A stretch of DNA of 64,000 bases, from NCBI GenBank assembly GCA_002633005.1, contig NMRA01000267.1, positions 471,939 to 535,938 of the forward strand, given 5' to 3'. This DNA comes from Phoronis australis. Lineage: Eukaryota; Animalia; Phoronida. Position numbers and translations under genes: made by a program. The stretch's first letter is position 1; each line of letters begins with the position of its first letter. The notes under the pieces were generated by a model. The model had not been told where the DNA came from. It saw only the letters and a program-made list of their open reading frames with translations, and searched no databases. Shown piece after piece: positions 24,761 through 37,243 of this stretch.

Positions 24761-26296
24761 ATCATATAAAGACAGACTTTTCTTTACAAGGTTATTGTTA
24801 AGAATATTGTGACCTAAGGAAATGTCATTGGTTTTTTCTTCCTGCATTTCCAGTGCCATTTCTCCATCATTTGTATTGATGAGCAAGTCGTTTGTTTGTA
24901 CACTCTTCGAATCTGCAGGGAGAGTTCGTGTTGGAATACGCACACCTTTACTTCGTTTACGACCTCCGGACACCACTGTAGTTGTGAAAATTATTGGTAG
25001 TTTTCTCTTACTGAAATGTATGAAGATAACATAAATGCACTCAGTATAGAGCAGAAAAGATTTTTGCAACAAATATCAGATTCAGGGATATTCCAAGCAC
25101 TACACAGTCCAAATTAACTGAACAACTTTTCAGGAACACTTTTGAAGTCTGTTCATCCGAATCCACAAATTTCAAGTGACCATGTTTGCCTAGTTTTCGG
25201 TTGTGTTTCGATTTCCAAAGAAAACAAATTATGTTCCCGGAAAAGAGATGGGGGTGTTCATCTTATTCGGGTGGGTATTTTTGCCTCTTGGTAATAATCT
25301 TTAAAAATAACTGTAGTATAGGCAACACTGAATTATGCATTGGGCGTGACCAGATTAGGTATAACATTGGGCGTGGCCAGGTTAGGTAAAACTTAAAGTT
25401 TTGGCTTTCACGTGAACACTTGGTCACTAATTCTGGTTTGATCAGATATATTGATCCAATGCTAGATTTGAATTGAAGTTCGCATGTATGATTGTGTAGT
25501 ACCCTCGCCATGACCAAAGTAGAATAGATAATTTAGTAATTCTCAACCTGGGAATTGTTCATAGAGTCGAACTATAAACAATAACCTGCAGTACTCTATG
25601 GGAAGATCATCCCTTTGCTTAATATGTTGATTGCAGTACATTGTAGAGATTACCCTGATTACCCAGCCTGGGAAAGCGGACACCCAAATTAAACTGGCAA
25701 TTGTGCTATAACCATTTCGGCATTTGGCTTATTGGCAATTGTCCATTGGATGACTAGCAGAAGCTCAAATGATTTATTGGAAGAGCGCCTACAACTACAG
25801 CATAACGTACGTTGCCGTCGGTTGAGATTCGACACCGACTGAATTTTGAGGCTTGGCTGAGGCTGACACTGAAATGACTGAATTGGCTATGTTGGCAGTT
25901 GTAAATTACATGTACACTTTTAACAAAATACATCGTGCGAAACGTTTACTCACTACTACGGGAAACTCAATAAGTTCACTGCTTTAAAAATAAACTCACT
26001 TCGCTCATTGTCTCCCAGGCTGTGGAAGCCAAATTCCTTCCTTCTGATGATTTTAGAAATGCCCACCCAATGACGTTTTCGTTTATCTCGCGAGATAGCA
26101 TGCGACACACTTGGCATCCACTGTAACTGCGAGGCTGTGTGAAGCAGTAACTGTACGTGCTAGGATGCAAGTGCTCACGCGAAAAGTTCATGGCGTCGGT
26201 GGGTACTTTCACAGGAACTTTATGCGCAACTGATCATTTGACTTTAGTAAAACGTTTTACACTTTGCACATTCCAGACGACGTACTTGCCGAAAGT

Positions 26297-26346
<50 letters not shown>

Positions 26347-26489
26347 TGTTTATTGCACTTGGAGCTAAGCTCATTTGTACATATTATATTGCAACATTTG
26401 GTATAGGTGGCAATTTCATGTTCGGGTATTCAATACATATATACATATTTACACGTTACAATGTTAGAGTTTCCTGTCTAATACTATAA

Positions 26490-29400
26490 GCCTTTAATAT
26501 AAATAAGGATGGTCTTTTCAAAAGATTTCCACAGTTTGCTTTGAATAAGTATTTGACGTTTTCGATGTCTGTATGCTGTAGGGATATTTCTGATAAAAAA
26601 TTCTTTCTAATGTCCTTAAGTACGGGCCAGTTATGTAATAAGTGTATTTCGTCTTAAATTTCTGAATGGTTGCAAATTTCGCAATCTATCTTCCTTTGGA
26701 ATGTCATGGTGCCTACCAGTTTTTATTTTCAGTTGGTGTCCAGAGCACCTGAATTTGGCTAAAATTCTACGTAGAGTTGGTGGTAGACTGTAAAGATATT
26801 CTTCACAAGATAAATCGGATAATAGAGTAGAATGAGCACTTGCTTGAGCTCTCCACTCATGTCCTCCATTTTTGGGCACCACAATCCAACAATCTTTGCT
26901 TAAATTCTGATATAAATAAATCAATGTTACCCGGTCCACTTATCCATACCTCCCCAAACCCGTATCTGACTAAAATATCTTTAACTGCACTGGCCCAATT
27001 TTCTCGTCCTTTTTCACAGTCTTCCCGCAGCATCCTGTAACTTTTCTTTGGGTATCTGGGGTTATTCAACTGTAGAATTTTGGTCCAGTAAATTATTGAT
27101 GGGCACAAGTATTTCACAGATAATAAATGCCTGCCGCATTCTCCTCTGGCCATAACGTTACTTGTTTTCTTTGGGACACCAGCAACCCATTTACAGAAAT
27201 GATTGTGAACACATTCTATGTCTTTCGAATATACTGTACCCCATATCTCAGCACCATATAACATTATAGGAACTACCATACTATCAAACAATTTAAAACA
27301 TACATGCGGGGATCTACTATTCACATTGGTTAAACATGTTTTTAACATGTTCATTGCTTTTCTAGCTTGTAAAGCTGATATTCTACAATTTTTAATCCAT
27401 TTTAATCTGCAAGAAAATGTCACACCAAGATACTTGTAATAAGATTTCGTTTCTACCGATTTCTTATTGTAGAACCACCGTTCTTGTGCCGACAGAGCCC
27501 CACCTCGCTTGAAGACAACAATATGTGTCTTATCAAGATTAACACAAAGACTCCAATCCACACAGTAGTTGTGCAATACATTTAATTTCCTCTGGAGACC
27601 AGGCACTGTGTCCGCCACAAGTACCAAATCGTCCGCGAACAATAACAAACTTAATTCACAATCATCACACTTGATACCTCGTCCTCCATTTTCTTTGACC
27701 TCTGACACCAGTCCGTTAACCAAAACAGAGAATAACCAAGGACTCAGTATGCACCCTTGTTTCACACCTCTCGCCAATCAAAATAGGGTGCGATTTGACT
27801 CTGTATTCTCACGCACAATTTCACTTCAGCATAAATATTCCTCAGGAGATTGAACATTTTCCCGTGGAGATTATTTTTTAACAAACAATAAAACAGACGT
27901 GTAGTTTCTAGACTGTCAAACGCCTTGCTAAAGTCCACAAGGGCACAGTACATTTTTCCACCTCTTTTTGATAAATTTATGTGGGCCAAAGCTTGTAGAA
28001 CAAAAATGTTATCCACGGTCGAATAACCCGCCCTAAATCCGGCTTGTTCCTCAGGGATACATTGCATTGCATCCGACCACTCACTTCTGTTTAATATTGA
28101 TGTAAACAGCTTGCTTATGCTATCAATTAAAGAAATTCCCCTGTAATTATTTGGGTTATTTTTGTCTCCTTTCTTGTAGATTGGAACGATTATACTCTTT
28201 CTCCAGTTCTCCGGGAATTTTCCTGTCACCAGTACCTTGTTGAATAGTTTGCATAATACTTCAACGATGTCACCAGTCAGTGCTTTGAAGAGTTCGTTTG
28301 GAAAACCATCTTCTCCAGGGGTTTTGTTGCTTTTAAGTTTAATTATTTCCTGATTGATTTCGGACATGTCAATTTCTTTATTAAGTTGTACCAAGATTTC
28401 ATCACCAGGTGTGTTGGCACAGTCATTGCAGCTTTCGTCGTGCTCTCGCATTTCGTCCAGCAAATTATTAAGGAATTTCCTATTTTTCCGTACAGGATCA
28501 GTGTTCAAAAGTTTTTCAAAATAGTTATACCATTCGTTCGACGAAATATCCGCTTGTTGAATATTGTTCGGATTTATGATTGACTTCACGTTTTCCCAGA
28601 ATATTCTTGGATCTCTCACTGAATCACATAATTTCTTTTCCATTTGTTCGTCATAATTCTTCTTTTTTCACGACAGGTTTCCTTAAATTGACTTTTCGTA
28701 TCAATATAATTACGTAGTGTATCCACGCACTTTGTGGATCTGAGAAATTTCAATAAATTAATTTTTTTCTATTTTCTTTTGCTCGCAAACGTTGTCGAAC
28801 CACCTTGGCTGCTGCCTGTTCACTGCGGGTTTATTGCTTATTTTCATGTCAGCGCCGCAAGCGTGGAATAATTCATTTATTAATTTAACTGCTTTGTTAA
28901 TATCCATATCGATGGCTGAAGATATTTGGGATAATTTCTCGCTGCCCAGGCTATCCTTAAAACTTGAAGATTTGTGTGGCTGCCACTTGAGTCGGTGCAA
29001 TGGGGTTGTTCTGACACTAGTGTTCGATCCGTCTGTATCAGCTTCCGTATGTTCTAGATAACGTAGAGTACACATGATAGGAAATGGTCTGACTGGTCGT
29101 AGTTTAATACTTCAAAGTCATTAATATATTCGAACAGAGATGCCTCGGCAATAACAGTCAATAGTGCTGCATCCTCGAGTGGAGACGGATGAATAGTTTC
29201 CTTCTCTGTCTGAGGGGTATCTACCGTTAACTATGTGCGTACCATATACTGCACAAAATTTGGCAAGTTCTTTGCCAAAGTAATTAGATTTCGCTTCTTG
29301 GTTGTTTCTTGGTTTTTCAAAATTATTTTGAACATAACAACAATCGCTATTGGCAAGGACATTGATATGCGTGATATCGTCATCTGGGATGTAGTCTCTG

Positions 29401-29914
29401 AGTGTAGCTGTCCTTGAATTAAAGTCACCTGTCAAAATAACCCGTGAGTGGTTAAATTTCTCATTACTCTTTGAGCAGGTAAAGTCATCCTCGAGACGAT
29501 CAACACCGCAGTCAGAAATGTCGTGGCTGTAGTATGCTGACCCTTCGGGAGGGAGATAAATAAAACCTATTATTACATCTGGCTTGTTTGAGCCAGCAAA
29601 CAAATCTTTCAGTTGCAAATATACTCTGTCTTCCAAATTCTCACTTATGCGAGTTATTTTGGTTCCTAAATTGTTCTTTATCATTACTGTCACTCCACCA
29701 GATACTTTGCTGTTATGTATGTTTCGTACTGATGTGAACGTGGAATAATGTTCTAAGAGATCGCCAAATTCATGCTCTGCTCTTGCGTGTGATTCAATGA
29801 ATCCTATGAGGTAGTAGTTTCTAATTATTTTTTTTAACTTCTCCTTTGTATTGTCGTAGGTTACTTTCTACCCCCCCCTATGTTCCATGATCTTATTTTC
29901 ATTTCTCTTGTCAT
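26490..29914 (-). pseudogene. LINE ORF2 (AP endonuclease + reverse transcriptase), multiply frameshifted
   Basis: Starts MTREMKIRSWNIGG at 29914; ORF-track pieces 29121-29693, 28758-29075, 27762-28643, 26857-27777 and 26631-26939 are collinear. Confidence 0.85.
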
Positions 29915-29920
29915 TGTTTG

Positions 29921-31080
29921 CTATTGACTGTCGTCCTCTTCATTTGTATCCGTTCTATCTCTGAAGATGTATCTATCCAGGGCCCGGTCTCCAATCTTTT
30001 TACTCGAAATGGAACTCGAAATTAGGTTTGGCATTTTCTACTCTACTTTTGGGCAAACTCAAGATAAGTGTCTATTATTCTATGCTCGAGTACACAACAA
30101 CTTACGCATATAATTTATTGCCCTTAGTTCTCAATTTGTAAACCCAATATTAAAGCAATAAGTAAGAGTTTGAACTCGAAATTTCGAGTTTTTACTCGAG
30201 TTTGTAGCACGAATATAAGGGTCTTCAAGGGCAAACTTGAATAAGAAACTCCTATGTGTAAACTATAATGTATTCGAGCACAGTCTGATAACCAATTATC
30301 TTAAGTTCGCACAAAAGGAGCAGAGAAATTGCCAAAAATAGTTTCGAGTTCGTTTCGAGTACAAAGATTAGAGACCGGGTCCAGGTTGCAGACAACTTTG
30401 TCAATATGATCGTCATACAGGTACATTTTCCCGTTGTGATAAAGTTTATCGAATTTTATTGTGGCTTCTATAAAATTATTGTCTCTTGAGAACTGCAATA
30501 ACTTTGATCTAGCGATACGAACTTTCTTGCTGAAGTCTTCAGCCACCGAGTATTGAGTTTCACTCCTTAATTTTCTTTTGCCTTTTAAGATCTGCATCTT
30601 GTCCTTGAACGAACTTAACTTTGCGATGATTGGTCGAGGTTTGCTAGGGTTCTTGCGACCAATCCTATGGGCCCGCTCAAACTTTACCTCTGATATGTCG
30701 ATGTGGTTATTGACTAGTTCCTTTACTGCAATTTCCGCTTCTTCCCATGTTTCCGAATTCCCCTCGGGAATGCCGTGAAAAATTAGGTTGTCCCGTCTAG
30801 ACCTATTCTCTAAATCCTCCACCTTGCTTTCCAAGTGCGCCACCTGTTGTCTCAAACCGACATTTTCCTGCTTCATTTCCTTGCATTGACGACTTAAGGA
30901 TTCTATTTTACCAGACAAATTTTCTCTCATTTTCTCAAATTTTGTATTCATTTGTTCTAGTAGTTCTCTATTCGATATATCAGGTAGGTTACTTTCAGGT
31001 TGAGTCATATATGAAGGTAAGGTCCGGTTGCGCAATCCGGTCGCAGGTCCTGCATTAGGTGTGCATTTACCTCCTGGCAT
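29921..31080 (-). pseudogene. LINE ORF1 (coiled coil + L1 ORF1-type RRM), interrupted near its C-terminus by a MITE
   Basis: LENRSRRDNLIFHGIPE, ERAHRIG, RPIIAK, EDFS motifs. Removing the MITE restores ...VVCNLDRYIFRDRTDTNEEDDSQ* with the stop at 29921-29923. Confidence 0.85.
29981..30381. mobile_element. 401-bp PIF/Harbinger-type MITE with 3-bp TSD CAG
   Basis: TIRs GGCCCGGTCTCCAATC / GATTAGAGACCGGGTC with ~90-bp imperfect subterminal inversion; CAG at 29978-29980 and 30382-30384. Confidence 0.85.
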
Positions 31081-31514
31081 GATTTGCTATTGTTCCGTAA
31101 CCTGTATATACACTGTAAACTGAAACAGAGCTCTGACACCTCAGTGTAGGTAACCCTATAGCAGGTTGTGGAACTGTCTCAAAGTCGGTTTTCACTCAGT
31201 CTAATGAAGTTTGACCAACCTTCAAGCGTTCTGTAGATGTTGAGTATCACTTTCTTTTGACTGAAGTCCACACTTTTGTGTATTACCGTAGTAATTTTAG
31301 TATGAGCGATGTAGATATGCGTTCACAATAATAGCGCCATCTATCAGAAGTAAAACTTGCGAATTTTGGCAGGTGTCGCTAGTGAATAATGACTTATGCG
31401 TAAGATCGCAGATTTCGTCCATTGATATGCAGTGGGCGGTCCATGTACGACAAAATTTAAGACGAAATCTACTTTTTACTTCTTTGTGATTCGCCCATGT
31501 AATATAAAATACGT

Positions 31515-33900
31515 ACTCGGTGTGAGGAGTAAATGTAAGCTTGTGGTCTAGTAGCAATCCAATATGTTTGTGTGTGAACTTATTGGGAATAACTTACCCA
31601 TTGAGTGATAATTCCAGCTTTGGATTTGTTTGGAATTGAGTATTATTAGACTTAGAAAATATAAGATAAACACTTTTTTCAGGTTTAAATTTCATCTTCC
31701 ATTTGCAAGACCAGTCATAGATTTTCTTTAGGTGAGTTTGCAATTGTAAGGAGTCATGGGAATTCTTTTTGAGAATGGGTATAAAATTGCAGTGTCATCA
31801 GCATATAAGAATGTTTTAGACTTTATTGTGTCCGGAAGATCATTAATGTACAATAAAAATAGTAAGGGGCCTAGTACGCTACCCTGTGGTACTCCAGCAT
31901 TTACGAAACCTGGCGTTGAAGAGCGTGATAAGACACCCTCTATTCGGACTTTGTAAGTTTGACATTCGAGATATGATTTTAGAAGTGAGAAGAGAGTTCC
32001 GGAAAAACCATAATATTGTAAGTTATGTAGAAGCAGACCATGGGGAACGACATCAAAACTTGATGCAATGTCTAAGAAAACGGGACTCACGTTGTCTCCT
32101 TGCTCAAACTGAAGGTGGATTTCGTGTAGAATTTCTTTAAGTTGGGACACAGTGCTGTTACCAGGCGACGATATATGAGGTTTTTTGAAGAGAGGTGGTT
32201 AAACATGTGTTGAGAAATTATTTTTTCTAAAATTTTGGATAGGTGTTAAGTAGAGTTACAGGTATGGGGCGATAGTTGGCAATGTCTGTTTTGGGGATCT
32301 TTTTGTGTATTGGTATCATAACACCAAGTTTCCAGTTCAAAGGAAAGTTTCCAGATTGTAGTATTTTGTTATATAATGTTGTCAAAGGAGCTGTAAGCTC
32401 TCTTGCTATTATCTTAATCATTTTATCGGTTATGGGATTTGTTACCGTCGTTTTTGTTTTCGTCAATATTTTCTAGTAGTTTTCGGACTTCCGATGTTTG
32501 GGCTTGTATGTCAGAGAGATGTTCTAATGTTCTGTTTGGGAATTCGGGAAAGCTTGTTGTTGGCGCAACGTGACTCATGGCGGTGTAGTATTCAAAAAAT
32601 AACTTACTTTTTTCAGCTTTGGATGACGCCTGAGTGTTGGATTCCTTTGAGTGGATGGTGGGGTATGAAGATTGCTTTACCTGTCCTCGAATTTTGTTTA
32701 TTATATCCCAATATTCCTTTGAATTTTTGGAGACATTGTTGATGTTGGAGATAATTTTCATCTTATACTTTTGTTTTGTCTTTTTAAATAGTTCTTCTAC
32801 ACTCTTGCACTTTTCTTTGTAGCACTTAAAGGTGCATGGGTTATTTGATTTTCTAAACGATCTGTACAGTTTGTTTCTTTTATTTATTTCAGTCTTAAAG
32901 TTATTGTTAAACCACGGTTTGTTCTTGTTTTTTATTGTTTTCGTGGTTGATGGGACATTATTGTTTAGTATGTTGTTAAGTTGAGACTGTGTCATTTATG
33001 TCACTTTTGCTCAGTATTTCAGTCCATTTAAATGTGGTTATGTCAGTGCACAGTTTGTCCATGTTAATGAGGTTGTAATTCCAGATCTGTATGATAACGT
33101 GTGGTTCTTTTGGTAAGCATTTGAGTGTGAATGTGGTCCGAGTTACCAATGGGAGGCCTTACGGAAGTAGATTCGATTAATCCGAGATTGTTAGTAATAC
33201 ATAAATCAAGGCAAGAATGTAAATACTCTGTTAAACTTGTGGGTTCGTTTATTAGTTTTACACAGTCATTTGAGAGGAGAATATCGAGCAATTCGAGACC
33301 AGCCTGGTTGTCATTTTCTTCTACGTACCAAGTACTATTCCTTGCGTTGAAATCCCGTTGATAACAAATGTTTTATTAGTTTGTGAGAGTTCTTGCAGTT
33401 GTTCTGCAAAGGTCTTGAAATATGTTTTCCTGTCATGGGACGTCTGTGAGGGTGAGCGATAGAAAAAACATAATATACCTTCTTGTGGTTGACATAAAGT
33501 TCATTCCAACAGTTATTCATTGATTGTCCAATTTTAGTATCAATTGTTTTGTAATTTACGGAGTTATGGACAAACAAGACCAACCCCCTCCCGGCGTTAG
33601 TGTGGTAGGCAATGTTGTATTCTGGAATGATAAGTGCACTGAGGTTGTCTTCGGACAGTGTTCCGGATTCACATATGGCTATGACCATGTAATTGTTGTC
33701 TGTAATAAATTGCTTGAGAATTTCAAATCTTGAAAGACTGTTCGCCTTTTTAGGCTATTGATGTTAGTGAATAAGACCTTGAAGCTGGTTGAACCCTGAG
33801 GGTCGGGTCCTTGAGTGACCTCTATGTCACCAGCAGTCAAAAGGCTTTGCTCAATGATAACTCTGATATCACAACGTGAGTTCTTCATTGTGTAGTAAAC
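31515..33900 (-). mobile_element. Older, 3'-truncated CR1-group LINE ORF2 related to the 11301-16772 element, with decayed 2A (LLTAGDIEVTQGP)
   Basis: Collinear shared segments [59 protein letters not shown]; many frameshifts. Confidence 0.85.
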
Positions 33901-36057
33901 ATTACGTAAGTGCGCAGTTTGGGGTCATTTCCCTATAAGAAAAGTGAGGTCGAGCGTGATGGGTGAAAAGCAATGGGGTATTTTTGTTTTCCAGACACCC
34001 GGACTATTGTAATTATTGTGTGTGTGTGTAGTAAATTCATACAGTTCATATTTAGCATGCTTATCTAACAACAGAAGAAAGAAATATATACAGGCGTGTG
34101 AATAGACTAAAAGTAATTAAGTAAGCTAGAACAAAAGCAATGAACACTAGGGGGTAAACACTTGGGTTGGCATGAAAATTCCACTACAACTTAGGCTAAA
34201 TTTTGTAAATAGAAAACTGATTATTGAGTAACGTTGAAAAGTGAAGTGGATTGACGTACTACAGGTTAATACAAAGAGGTAAAAGCAATTTGTACATATG
34301 TAGAATACTGTACTTTGGGATGAAAAGATATCGCCAATTACATTGGTACATGTATTATTTCACATGACGCCGCCCGAGTCAAATAGGGCTCTAAGTCAAT
34401 ACTATTCGATTGGCCATTTTTAGCTTCAACGTCAATGGTGATTAAAGTTGAAACAACTTAAAAAGCGAATTGAAGTCATGAACTGACTCACACTTGATGG
34501 GATGACTACATCAGTATATGAAAATGAATCATTTGAGGTAACATACATGTATGTGTACATGTGTTTGAATAATATAGCTGCAGTTGTCAAGTTCAGTGTA
34601 GTTTCATAGTCAAGACACAAGTGAGACGTAAAATTCCTTAAAAATATGCATTGCTAAGATGTAAGATGTTCTGATTTCACTCCTTGTTGTCTCATTGTTA
34701 TTAGGAAGCTATGCGTATAAGGTGTAGCTAATTGACCCAGAAGTGCATTTTAAGTACTTACACTTGCAAAATCAAAATTCAAGCGAGTTGTACTTTTTGC
34801 TGCACCGAGCTTCTCTGTGGGACAAAAATTGCTATGCCAATATCAAAATCAAAATTTATCGGCGAGAGCTCGTTTTGGCTTACTTTGAGCGCATAATAAT
34901 GTTATTGGGTCACAGGTTTCATTCAGAGAATGTCTTGTAATAATGTGTCTGCACGTTCTCACTTCTACTAGCCTCTAAATTTATGTGAACGTGTACCAAG
35001 AGAGTATGCAGTGGCTTTTTGGTAACTACTATGAAGCAATTTCTGGACTTTAGGATTTGGGGTAGGTCACTAAAATGTGTGCGTAACAGAGGAGAATGGC
35101 CTTAAGCATTGTTGAACTGAGAACAAAAAAAACAGATCGAACTTTAATCATTTTAAATTGTAAATAATGAATTTCCGTGAAAAGTACATTTCTGCACACG
35201 ATTTTTCAGGTTTGATTTTAAGCTGTGTCAACTTTTCTACATGTACATCAACTTGATACCAGCTTTGCATTTATTTTTTTTTTCATTTGGCTGCAGAAAT
35301 GGCAGTGTTGAAATTTTCACTTTCTGATATTACGAAGGCTCATTCGACACCCACATACTAGAGACTTTGGAAACATGGCGTGGAGAACTTTGGCAAAGCA
35401 TGTGGCAATGCTTAAGGTATCAGAAAGTGCTGTCGAAGTGTAGTTAGCTCATTAGTGGAACAAAACTTGTTTCTATAACTTTTTTACGCACAAAGGCCTA
35501 AAAAACTTTCATGGTGCGAGCACCCCTGCAAATTGAGTGTAATCTGGGCCAGGACCAATACGTAGTGCGCAACACCACGACCAATAGCAACTCTTCATCT
35601 CTGCAGAGGCTTGTTTTGTGACAAGTGTTAAAACCATGACTGATGGACTTACAATCCTTAGCAAAATGCAATGGTTTTATTTAGCATGATTTACGATTGA
35701 TAGCGTTAACTGTGTTTCATTTTTGCGTTCAGTGTCGATGGTCTCAAATGATGAATTATTTATTAAAGAAGTGCGTACTGCATTGTTGCATTCGTTCTTT
35801 GTCCAGAATAATTATGTTAGGAGTATCTTTGGAACAACAGTTTGTAGTTCCTTGACTGTGATAAAATATTTCCACACTGACAAGACCTTCGCGTTCAATC
35901 TTTGCGCGGTGCGGAATCGTTACGAGGGCCCCATTCAAGATCAGTCATGTTATGGCTTCAGTCTATATTCACAAAGTAAATTCCAATATTACAATGTAAG
36001 TTTGCAATTGTCCGGAAACAATAGTCCACAAACGTTCTTCCACCAACGGAATGACAA

Positions 36058-36201
36058 TTAGTCCAATGGGCATCCGTAGAGTTCAAAACGGAGACAGGCG
36101 ATTGCGTGTGGCGTCCAAGTCCTGGGAACAATTCTAACATATCTGGTTTCCAGCGGAGGATTGAGTGTTGTGCTAACACTGCCTTGACCGGCCAGTAAGG
36201 A
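36058..36201 (-). pseudogene. Multidomain gene, last coding exon: F5/8 type C (discoidin) C-terminus
   Basis: SLLAGQGSVSTTLNPPLETRYVRIVPRTWTPHAIACLRFELYGCPLD*; TTTTTAG acceptor, phase 0; AATAAA ~300 nt downstream. Confidence 0.85.
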
Positions 36202-36566
36202 CTAAAAAGAAATTTTACTACATGTTAACGCATTGTAAATTATTAGATCATCAGGGGCTTTAACAATGTTACATGCGCATGCACGCGTGGACGGGATTTC
36301 CCTTGTGTAAAGTGTTACTAAAAGCCGATTTTCTGATCATACATGTATGAACTAGAGGGAGCGCTGTGGTATTCCGGGAAGTGATTATCATGTCCCTCCA
36401 ACAGAGGGGGCGCTGTGATTATTATGTCCCTACAATAAACACAAATGATTTCGAACAATCTCCGCTTTGTATCTTTGAAAGTCGTACTTTTATTCCCATC
36501 CAGTACACGAAAAGGTGTATTGCAGTGCATTGCAATACCAGACATGAACAAACCCTTTCAAATTAC

Positions 36567-36696
36567 CGTTGAATCCCTCGTCCTATCCAGGTACAAACTC
36601 CAGTAGCGGCCATCGTTACTGTACTTTAGTGCATACGTATTTAAGTGATAATTCTCGTCACCGCGTCCTTGAACCGTGAGAGCCGTAATTCGGTAT
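36567..36696 (-). pseudogene. Multidomain gene exon: F5/8 type C middle part
   Basis: YRITALTVQGRGDENYHLNTYALKYSNDGRYWSLY; TTTTCAG/GTAATT; phase 2/0 fits both neighbours. Confidence 0.85.
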
Positions 36697-37060
36697 CTGA
36701 AAAGTGTAAAATAGTTAATTTGATCCGTTTCTAAGAACTTTTGGGGGTTGGTGGCTTTAAAAGACCCGCTAAAATGACTCCATTGTCAGTGTTCCAAACA
36801 TTGATCAGTAGAATTCTACAACGGTCCATCTCCGATGTTTTCTGCTAATTTTATTAAACCGGTCCGCGAAGTGGTCATTTATGTGTGAATACGGAGTTAC
36901 ACCTTACTTTTAATTGCGAATCTTTTTCATAACAAACGTCATGGCTTGGTTGTCAAAGGAAAGTCGTATACCAGACTTTCTTACTCAAGCAAGTGCACAA
37001 TTAATTAAGTTCGTACAAAGGTGCCTGCATGAAGTTGGATACGGATATCCGTCTATTCAC

Positions 37061-37243
37061 CTGATGTCGAATTTCACGTGTATCCACGGATCGCTAAGGG
37101 ACGCTGTACACCACGCGTAGCACAGGCGTGATCCACTGGCGGTCTTTCGGCTGTTTAATCTGGCATGGGACTTAGGGCACTGTCCAACTTGGCTTGATGC
37201 CGGTCCGGCACAACTCTGGTTTGCATCAGTGGAGTATTGCAAG
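37061..37243 (-). pseudogene. Multidomain gene exon: F5/8 type C N-terminus, frameshifted
   Basis: CNTPLMQTRVVPD / ASSQVGQCPKSHARLNS...AWCTASLSDPWIHVKFDI; frameshift between VVPD and ASS; phase-2 donor GTGAAT. Confidence 0.75.

Larger units (their letters stand above)
26297..31140 (-). mobile_element. RTE-X-like non-LTR retrotransposon, near full length, with (TC)n tail
   Basis: ORF1 plus ORF2 with SWN, GDFNS, NNYRGISL, EQAGFR, STVDNIFVL, VDFSKAFD, GVKQGCILSP, LLFADD, YGAEIWG. AATAAA then (TC)n, seen as (GA)n at 26297-26344 on +. Clade assignment is by motif only. Confidence 0.85.

Noticed and set aside
26200-31515. RTE-X-like LINE nested inside the second CR1 copy
   Set aside because: About 370 bp of unrelated sequence separates them, no CR1 3' remainder is seen left of 26297, and no TSD was identified.
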